Assembly: GCA_030390025.1 (NCBI GenBank)
Contig: CM059443.1
Location: 48,670,001 to 48,734,000, forward strand
Length of the DNA stretch: 64,000 nucleotides
Origin: Squalus acanthias
Taxonomy: Eukaryota
Direction of reading: 5' to 3'
Shown piece after piece: positions 1-10,000 of this stretch. The stretch's first letter is position 1. Each line of letters opens with the position of its first letter. A model generated the notes under the pieces. It ran no database searches. It worked only from the letters and a program-made list of their open reading frames with translations, and was not told where the DNA came from. The position numbers and the translations under genes are program-made.

Positions 1-140
1 CTGCTACAAGCTGAATGAGGGATTGGGGGTGTTGCCTGTGACGGGCTTAAGGAAATACCACAGCAACTTAATATAGTGCCTTTAACGTTGTAAAACATCC
101 CAAGCTGCTTCACAGAGGCATAAGCAAAATGGAATCCAAG

Positions 141-470
141 CTAAGGAAGGATATATTGGCCTTGGAGGGAGTGCAGCGTAGATTTACTAGAACGATACCT
201 GAACTCCAGGGGTTAAATTACGAGGAGCGATTACACCAACGAGGGTTGTAGTCCCTGGAATTTAGACGGTTAAGGGGTGATTTGATTGAAGTTTTCAAGA
301 TATTAAGGGGAACTGATAGAGTAGATAAAGAGAAGCTATTGCCGCTGGTTGGGGAGTCTAGGACTAGGGGGCATAGTCTAAAAAATTAGAGCCAGACCTT
401 TCAAGAGTGAAGTTAGGAAACACTTCTACACACAAAGGGTGGTAGAAGTTTGGAACACTCTACCAAAGTG
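141..470 (+). mobile_element. CR1 LINE 3' ORF2 fragment
   Basis: Encodes LALEGVQRRFTR...RRLRGDLIEVFKI-type CR1 C-terminus. Confidence 0.85.
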
Positions 471-1526
471 GGTAACTTCACATTTATCCACATTATATTC
501 CATCTGCCATGTTCTCGCCCACTCACTGAGCCTGTCGAGATCCCCTTGAAGCCTCTTCACATCCTCTTCGCAACTGACACTGCCACCTAGCTTTGTGTCA
601 TCAGCAAATTTGGAAATGTTTCATTTAGTCCCTTCATCCAAATCATTGATATAGATTGTGAATAGCTGGGGCTCAAGCACCGATCCTTGCGGTACCCCAC
701 TAGTCACAGCCTGCCATCCTGAAAAAGACCCGTTTATCCCTACTCTTTGTTTTCTGTCCATTAACCAATTCTCAATCCATGCTAGTATATTACCCCCAAT
801 TCCATGTGCCCTAATTTTGTTCACCAACCTCTTGTGTGGGACCTTATCGAAGGCCTTCTGAAAATCCAGATACACCACATCTACCGGTTCCCCTTTGTCT
901 ACTCCACTAGTTACATCCTCAAAGAACTCCAATAGGTTTGTCAAACAGGATTTCCCTTCCATAAATCCATGTTGACTCTGCCCAATCTTACTATTAGTTT
1001 CTAAGTGTCCAGTTATTGCATCCTTTATAATAGATTCCAACATTTTCCCAACTACTGATGTGAGGCTAACAGGTCTGTAGTTCCCCGTTTTCTCTCTCCC
1101 TCCTTTCTTAAATAGCGGGGTTACATTTGCTATCCTCCAATCTGCAGGAACCATTCCAGAATCTATAGAATTTTGGAAGATGACAACCAATGCGTCCACT
1201 ATTCCAATGGCCACCTCTTTCAAAACCCTAGGATGTAGGTCATCCGGTCCTTGGGATTTATCGACTGCTAGTACTGTTTTTTTACTAATAATAATTTGTT
1301 TAAGTTTCACATTCTCGTCACACCCTTGGTTTTCTCATATTTCTGGGAGGTTTTTTGTGTCTTCCTCCGTGAAGACAGAAACAAAGTATTTATTTAATTT
1401 TTCTGCCATTTCCTCATTTTCCATTATAAATTCTCTCGTCTCTGACTGTAAAGGACCTTCGCCAGTCTTTTCCTTTTCACATACCTATAGAAGCTTTTAC
1501 AATCCATTTTTATATTTTTTGCTAGT
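471..1526 (-). mobile_element. CR1 LINE RT fragment
   Basis: ORF 621-1310 with [16 protein letters not shown] and GVPQGSVL. Confidence 0.9.
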
Positions 1527-1549
1527 TTGTGCTCATATTCCATTTTCCC

Positions 1550-2512
1550 TTTCTTCAGCTGCTTCATTAATGACCTTCCCTTCAACATAAGGTCAGAAAT
1601 AGGGATGTTCGCTGATGACTGCACAGCGTTCAGTGCCATTCACAACTCCTCAGATAATGAAGCAGTCCATGCCCGCATGCAACAAGACCTGGACGACATT
1701 CAGGCTTGGGCTGATAAGTGGCAGGTAACATTCGCGCCACAGAATTGCCAGGCAATGACTATCTCCAACAAGCGAGAGTCTAACCAATGCCCCTTGACAT
1801 TTAATGGCATTACCATCACCGAATCCCCCACCATCAACATCCTGGGGGTCACCATTGACCAGAAACTTAACTGGACCAACCACATAAATACTGTGGCAAC
1901 AAGAGCAGGTCAGAGGCTAGGTATTCTGCGGCGAGTGTCTCACCTCCTGACTCCCCAAAGCTTTTCTACCATCTACAAGGCACAAGTAAGGAGTGTGATG
2001 GAATACTCTCCACTTGCCTGGATGAGTGCAGCTCCAACAACACTCAAGAAGCTTGACACTATCCAGGACAAAGCAGCCTGCTTGATTGGCACCCCATCTA
2101 ACACTTTAAGCATTCACTCCCTCCACCACCAGCATACCATGGCTGCAGTGTGTACCATCTACAAGATGCACTGCAGCAACTCGCCAAGGTTTCTTCGGCA
2201 GCACCTCCCAAACCCGCGACCTCTTCCACCTAGAAGGACAAGGGGAGCAGGCGCATGGGAATACCACCACCTCCAAGTTCCCCTCCAAGTCACACACCAT
2301 CCTGACTTAGAAGTATATTGCCGATCCTTCATCGTCGCTGGGTCAAAATCCTGGAACTCCCGCCCTAACAGCACTGTGGGAGTACCTTCACCACACGGAC
2401 TGCAGCGGTTCAAGAAGGCGGCTCACCACCACCTTCTCAAGGGCAATTAGGGATGGGCAATAAATGCTGGCCTTGCCAGCGACGCCCACATTGCATGAAC
2501 GAAAAAAAAAAA
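1550..2512 (+). mobile_element. 5'-truncated non-LTR LINE, second family (CR1/L2 group)
   Basis: FADD RT motif, QQDLDDIQAWADKWQV, 3' gggcaataaatgc and A-tail. Confidence 0.85.
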
Positions 2513-2971
2513 TTGCACGGTAAAAATGCATCAAATTATTAACCAGCAGGAAAACCCAAAGACTGAATCCATTTTTATATCCGGCTGAATCTCTCACCCA
2601 CTTCTACACCAATAAGCTGTAAATAGCCAAGCCTTTTACACTTGCATCATTGCCCATCATCAGTTCAAATTTCACAATCATCGCACACTTCCTGCCACTT
2701 TGTATTGAGGAGGCTTTCGTAATGAGTTCATTTGGATTCACTTCACAGCAGTCCTTGTTGTGTGTGGTGTTCATATTGTAAATAACACCCATTGTTCCAG
2801 AGTTAGGTGCTGAAGCCAAGAGCTGGACAATGAGTCAATGCCAGGGTTATGAGGGTAAATTCACTGACTCTAACCCCTTCCCGCACCCCGCCAGCAGTGA
2901 GCTCTGCTTGAAGGAGACACAATTTATTAGAGAGCCACAGTGCTAACCCCTGACCCCTGTTTGAGCATGGC

Positions 2972-4742
2972 TACCGGCATGTAAACAGTAAGTGGGTAGT
3001 AAGAGGCGGGGTGGGGCCTATTAGAGACAAAGAAGGTGATATATGCTTAGAGGTGCAGGGCAAGGTTAGAATATTCAATGAGTACTTTGTATCGGTGTTT
3101 ACTAAGGAGGTGGATGCTGACAAAATATCAGTAGAAGTGGAAAAGGTAGAAGCAATGGAAGGGGTGAAAATTGATTGACAGGATGTACTAGAAAGGCTGG
3201 GTATGCTTAGAGTGGACAAGTCGCCTGGTCCAGATGGCTTGCATCCCAGGTTGCTAAGGAAATTGGGGGAGGAGATAGCAGAAGGGCTTGCCATAATTTT
3301 CCAATCTTCCCTAGATGCGGGGGAGGTGCCTGAGGATTGGAAAGTGGCAAATGTGACACCATTGTTCAAGAATGTGTGTAACGACAATTCTAGTAACTAC
3401 AGGCCGGTTTAACATCAGTGGTGGATAAAGTTTTAGAAATAATAATCAAGGAATTAATTAACAGGCATTTGGAGAGGTTTAAGCTAATTAAGGAGAGCCA
3501 ACACGGATTTGTAAAAGGCAGATCGTGTTTGACTAATCTAATTGAATTTTTTGATGAAGTAAGAGAGGATCGATGAAGGGAATGCAGTGGATGTTTTCTA
3601 CATGGATTTTCGGATGGCGTTTGACAAAGTACCACATAGAAGGCTGGTTAACAAAATTGAGGCTCATGGAATAGGTGGGTCAGTGGCAGCTTGGATAAGG
3701 AATTGGCTTAGGACAGAAAACAGCAAGTTGTGGTAAATGGCTGTTTTTCAGACTGGAGGATGGTAGACAGTGGTGTTCCCCTAGGGTCAGTGCTGGGGCC
3801 ACTGCTTTTTTTGATATATATAAATGACCTGGATATTGGAATACAGAGTAGAATTTCTAAATTGCAGATGACACCAAACTTGGGGGTGTGGCAAACAGTG
3901 ATGATGATATCAATCGACTGCAACAGGACATAGAAAGGCTAGCAGAATGGGCAGACAATTGGCAGATGGAATTTAATACAGAGAAATGTGAGGTGATGCA
4001 TTTTAGCAGAAGGAACAGGGAGAGGCAATATACACTTAATGGCACAGTTTTAAAGAGTGTGCAGGGACAGAGGAACCTGGGAGTTAATGTGCATAGGTCC
4101 CTGAAGGTGGCAGGACATATTGAGAGAGTGGTTAACAAAGCATATGGGATCTTGGGCTTCATAAATAGAGGTAGAGTACAAAATTAGAGAAGTTATGCTG
4201 AATCTTTATAAAGCGCTGGTTAGGCCACAACTGGAGTATTGCGTCAGGATGTGAAGGCCCTTGAGAGGGTACAGAGGAGATTTACCAAAATGGTTCCGGG
4301 GATGGGGGATCTTAGTTACAAGGACAGGTTGGAGAAGCTGGATTTGTTTTCATTACAGCAAAGGAGGTTGAGGGGTGATTTGATAGAGGCGTACAAGATT
4401 ATGACGGGTTTGGATAGGCTAGACGGGGAAAGGCTGTTCCCACTTGTTGATGGTACAAGGACTAGGGGACACAGATTTAAGGTTTTGGGCAAGAGATACA
4501 GGGGGGACGTGAGGAAAAACTTTTTTACGCAGCGAGTGGTGATGACCTGGAATTTGCTGCCGATGGAAGTGGTGGAAGCGGAGACACTCGATGTTTTCAA
4601 GGGGAGACTGGATAGGTACTTGGGAGAAATAAACTTGCAGGGCTACGGGGATAGAGCGGGGGGAATGGGACTGACTGGATTGCTCTACAGAGGGCCGGCA
4701 CGGACTCGATGGGCTGAATGGCCTCCTTCTGTGCCTCTATGA
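2972..4742 (+). mobile_element. Degenerate CR1 LINE ORF2
   Basis: Frameshifted RT ORFs 3203-4742. It interrupts sequence that is contiguous at 23600-23610. Confidence 0.9.
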
Positions 4743-5399
4743 CAAGCAGTGTGGGACTGGTGAATCGTGAAAGTCCTTTTATCTTACTGAGCCATTGTTT
4801 AATATTTCCAACATTAAAATATAAACTTCTAATTTCAATGTAGTTACACTGTTTTATGCTTTTCAAAATACTGTTCAGAAATCGGCTGGGGGCAGACAAT
4901 TTGTACCAAACTTTCCCTTACACAATCGTGAATTTCAGCTTCCTCACCCCTCCCCCACAATCCCCACTCCCCCCCTCTCTCCTCCCACTTTGCCCTCTAC
5001 CCCTGCGCCCTCCCCCCACCACAGTATCTAAACAGAGGAAATGCATGATGCCCCATCAGGGAAAGCTCCGTACCAAATGACCACATTTAACCAGCAGCTC
5101 ACCACAGCAACAGGAAGCACTCGGACCGTGAGGGTTTATGGGAGAATCAGTGCAATTCACTTCCCCTTTTGAAAGCATCTGTATTTGGTTTGATTTCATT
5201 TGGTTTTTCTTCAGTTATCGCCTCTCTCTCTCTCTCTTATCTTGAAGGCTCTAACTCTCACTGGGGATCAAGCACTGGGAACTCCAGCCAAATGACAACT
5301 CTTCATGTGCGAGTGTAGGCTGCGACTGTTTGCCTGCTGTCTGATCTTGAGACCATCACAAGTAGAGGTCCTGATCCTGTTCTCCCATAGCCACACATG

Positions 5400-5790
5400 T
5401 GGAACAGGAGCCCTAGGAACAGGAGGAGGCCATTCAGCCCTTCGAGCCTGCTCCATCATTCAATGAGATCATGGCTGATTTGTACCTCAACTCCATCTAC
5501 CTGCCTTTGCACCATATCCCTTGATACACTCGCCTAACAAAATCTATCGATCTCAGTCTTGAAAGCTCCAATTGTCCCCCAGCATCTACAAGCTTTTGGG
5601 AGAGAGAGTTCCAGATTTCTACTACCCTTTGTATGAAAAAGTAGCTCCGATTTCACTCCTAAATGGCCGAATCTAAGCTTTCAAGATTATGTCCCCTTGT
5701 TCTTCATAGTTTCTCTGCATCTACCCTTTGAATCATTTTAACATTATAATCTTCTACACTCAAGGGAATACAAGACAAGTCCTTGGGCAC
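5400..5790 (-). mobile_element. CR1 3' end
   Basis: ggaggccattcagcccttcgagcctgctcc 3' UTR signature. Confidence 0.75.
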
Positions 5791-6262
5791 CAATCAGTGT
5801 TGGGAGCCCTGCTGATCTTTCTCCTCTCTAACCCAGGGGCACTGAGTCTGATTGTAGTGTCCTCACTGAGATCAGTTCATTCATTCAATTAATTTTGCAG
5901 AAAAAAATCCTGCTGGACAGATAACACAGTTTAGTTATAGTTTTTAAACAGTGTTTATTGAATGACTTTCAATCACACAAGTTCCATTTTGTGTCTCACA
6001 CAGCAGCGATGCGTTGTTCTATCTAAACAGAGTCCAAGGGGGTGAAATTCATTTCCATCAAAGTCGAAACTGGCGAGGACCAATTTCGGCCCCGAGCATG
6101 TAGCCGTTACATTCTTCAACTGTGGGTTCCCATCGCCCACATCCCGTGTCGGTGAGAGTGGAAATCTCACGTTGAATCTGTCTCCGTGTTTTGTGTCGGT
6201 CGTCACAAAACTTCAGAACAGTCTGTGAAAGCCAAGGAGCTGACGCCAGCGGTTTAATATCA

Positions 6263-7036
6263 TTAGCGGAACATTGGGAGAAGATTTCTCCGCACACAAT
6301 CCTGCGCTTCAAGCAGCCTCAGTGTTACAATCTGTGAAAACACACTTGCATTCGAGGGGGGCCGGTTGCGCACCTGCCGTCCATGGTCCGTGCGGTCTCT
6401 GCCTAGATATCAAGAGAGGAGATCACGTTTGATGGGTTCACTTCCAGTGGGGGACAGATAATGAAAGCGGACTGTCTCGTTACATCAGATAAAGCTCCAG
6501 GAGCTTTAGAACAGACACAGTGTTGGCTGAGAGGATTGTACTGAAAGATTGCAATTACTTACATTTTACTCACTGAATTTCACTTTTGCCTCCATCACTA
6601 AGAATACAGAAAATTAAACATGTGAAGCATCAGTAACATAAGATTCAAACAATAATAAACATCTGTAAATGGATTTGCTATTTTTAACCCCTGGATTTGA
6701 ATCCGTCTCTCTACTCTTCAATTTTCGCTCTCACCATCTCCCATCACTCTCCCTTTCCCTCACTCGCCCTCTATCTTTCCCTCCCTCCTTTCTCTCTCTC
6801 TCTATGTCTGTCTCTCTCACTCTACCCCTCTCTCCATCCCTCCTCCTCTCTCTGGACTGTAAGGGTCATTTAGGAAATGATTTACATTCAGCTTCCTGTG
6901 TCAGCCACACATTAGCCTCCTACAGTTATTAAAGAAATGCAACTGGTAAATGTTTCATTGAATGAGAAAAACTAAACAGAAAGTCTGAATGAAAACTGAG
7001 TGAATCACATCCCTGCCACTACCGATGCTGAGGATC
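6263..7036 (-). CDS. Copy 1 cytoplasmic exons (7023-7036 GSSAS; 6886-6919 EANVWLTQEAE; 6263-6402 CRDRTDHGRQ...LLPMFR*), no tyrosine
   Basis: Homologous to the cytoplasmic exons of copies 2/3 with compatible phases. Donors GTAGTG and GTAAAT are weak. Confidence 0.6.
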
Positions 7037-10000
7037 CTTCATAAAAATAAATAACGGGGGGAACTTACTAGATTTAATATAAGTTTTAAAAACGGTAATG
7101 GAGAAAATAATGGGACTTAAGTTTGACAAATCTCCAGGATCTGATGGCTTCCACCCCAGGGAATTAAAAGAAGCAGGTGAGGAAATTGCAGATACTCTAT
7201 TCATGATCTTCCAAAACTCTCTTGATTCAGGAATTGTCCCCTTGGATTGGAATACTGCCAAATGTTACTCCATTATTTCAGCAGGGTGGGAGAGAGAAAC
7301 CAGGAAATTATAGACCTATTCGTCCAACGTCTGTTGTGGGGAAGTTACTAGAATCTGTTACTGGGGACAGAGCAACTGAGCACTTGGACAAATATGAGTT
7401 GACCAGAGAGAGCCAGCATGGATTGGTAAAGGGTATGTCAGGTCTAACTAACCTTGTTGAATTTTATGAGGAGATCACTAACGTGGTAGATAAGGGAGTG
7501 TACATGAATTTTAGATGGACTTCCAGAAGGCATTCAATAATGTTCCACACAAGACACTCTTAGCAAAAATGAAAGCACATGGCTATTGACAAGGCTAGGG
7601 AATTGGTTAGGTGGTTGGAAGCTGAGAGTAGGGATAATGGGTAATATACTCCAATTGGCAGGATGTGACTACTAGTGTCTCCCAGAGATCTGAACTGGGG
7701 CCTCAGATTTTCACTATATTTATAAAAAAAAGACTTAGATAAAGGAATAGAGCGCCAAATATCCAAGGTTGCTGACAACACGGAGTTAGGTGCCACAGTA
7801 AGTAGTGTTGTCAAGGGATGTTGACAGATTAAGTGAGTTGGCAAAACTGGCAGATGGGGTTCAGTGTAGGGAAGTGTGAGGGGATCCACTTTGGACCGAA
7901 GAAAGATAGGTCAGAATATTTTCTAAATGGTGAGAAGATAGGAACTGTGGAGGAGCCGAGAGATTTCGGGGTCCAAGTACAGAAATCACTAAAAAGCTAA
8001 AAACAGGGACAAAAAATAATTAAAAAGGCGAATAGAAAGTTAGCTTTATCTCAAGTTGGCTGGAATACAAAAGAGCAGATGTTATGCGACAGTTGTATAA
8101 AGCTTAGGTGAGACCACATCTGGAGTGCTGTATTGAGTTCTGGGCACTGCACCTCAGGAAGGACATACTGGCCTTAGAAGGGGTGATACTGGGGCTAAAA
8201 GGGTTAAATTACGAGGACAGGTTGCAGAGACTAGGCTTGTATTCCCTCGAGTATAGAAGATTAAGGGGTGATCTAATTGAGGTGTTTAAGATGATATAAG
8301 GATTTGATAGGGTGGGTAGAGAGAAACTATTTCCTCTGGTGGAGGGGTCTAAAACAAGGCGGCATAACGTTACCCCACTATTCAAAAAGGGGGGTAGGGA
8401 AAAAGCAGGTAATTACAGACCTGTAAGCCTTACATCAGTTGTGGGCAAAATGCTGGAGTCCATCATTAAGGATGAAATAGCGGAGCACTTAGCAAATGGG
8501 GACAGGATAGAACAGAGTCAACATGGATTTACAAAGGGTAAATCGTGCTTGACTAATCTATTGGAATTTTTTGAGGGAGTAACTGGTAAAATAGATGGGG
8601 GAGAGCCAGTAGATGTGGTGTACCTGGACTTCCAAAAGGCCTTCGATAAGGTCCCACATAAAAGATTAGCAGGGAAAATTGAAGCTCATGGGATAAAGGG
8701 GAAAGTATTGACGTGGATAGAGAACTGGCTGTCAGATAGAAAACAGAGAGTTGGAATAAACGGCTCATTTTCTGAATGGCAGGCAGTAACAAGTGGGGTA
8801 CCACAGGGATCTGTCCTGGGTCCCCAGCTGTTCACAATTTACATTAATGACCTGGATCAGGGAGTCGGATGCAGCATTTCCAAATTTGCAGACGACACTA
8901 AACTAGGAGGGGGGGTGGGCTCAGAGGAGGAGACCAGGAAGCTCCAGAGCGATTTGGACAGACTGGGTGATTGGGCGGATAAATGGCAGATGCACTATAA
9001 TGTGGACAAGTGCGAAGTTATCCACCTTGGGTGCAGGAACGGGAGGGCAAATTATTATTTAAATGGCAATAAATTGGGAGAGGGGGAAGTACAGAGAGAC
9101 CTGGGTGTTCTTGTACACCAGTCACTGAAGGCGAGCATGCAGGTGCAACAGGCGGTCAAGAAGGCAAACGGTATGCTGGCCTTCATAGCAAAAGGGTTGG
9201 AATACAGGAACAGGGATACCTTGCTGCAGCTGTACAGGGCACTGGTGAGACCACACCTCGAGTACTGTGTACAGTTTTGGTCGCCTCATCTGAGGAAAGA
9301 TGTTCTTGCCATGGAGGGGGTGCAGCGGCGATTCACCAGGCTGATACCAGGAATGGCGGGATTGACCTATGAGGAGAGACTATGTAGTTTAGGGATGTAC
9401 ACACTGGAGTTTAGAAGATTGAGAGGGGACCTCATAGAAGTGTATAAAATTCTGACAGGTCTAGACAGACTAGATGCAGAAGGAATGTTTCCCTTGGCGG
9501 GTGAGAACAGAACTAGAGGACATAATTTAAGGATAAGGGCTAAAACATTTAGGACAGAAATGAGGGGGAATTTCTTCACTCAGAGGGTGGTGAAACTGTG
9601 GAACTCATTGCCACAGAGGGCAGTGTACGCCAGCTCATTAAATATATTTAAGAGGGAATTAGATATATTTCTACAGGCAAAAGGGGTTAAGGGTTACGGA
9701 GAGAAGGCGGGGATGGGATACTGAATTGGAGGATCAGCCATGATCTCATTAAATGGCGGAGCAGGCTCGAAGGGCCGGATGGCCTACTCCTGCTCCTATC
9801 TTCTATGTATCTATGTATAACCTTAAAATTAGAGCCAGGCACTTTAGGGGTGATGTCAGGAAACACTTCTTCACACAAAGGGTGGTGGAAATCCGGAACT
9901 TGCTCCCCCCAAAAAGCTGTTGAGGCTGAGAGTCAATTGAAAATTTCAGAACTGAGATTGGTAGATGTTTATCAGTTAAGGGTATGACGGCATATGGAAC

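Noticed and set aside
2604-2819. 71-aa minus-strand ORF in the conserved block
   Set aside because: The homologous blocks carry an indel and give no equivalent ORF.
8312-9724. 470-aa RT ORF as a domesticated gene, retron or active element
   Set aside because: It is a 5'-truncated CR1 nested in an older CR1, lacks the endonuclease, and its start comes from the host element.
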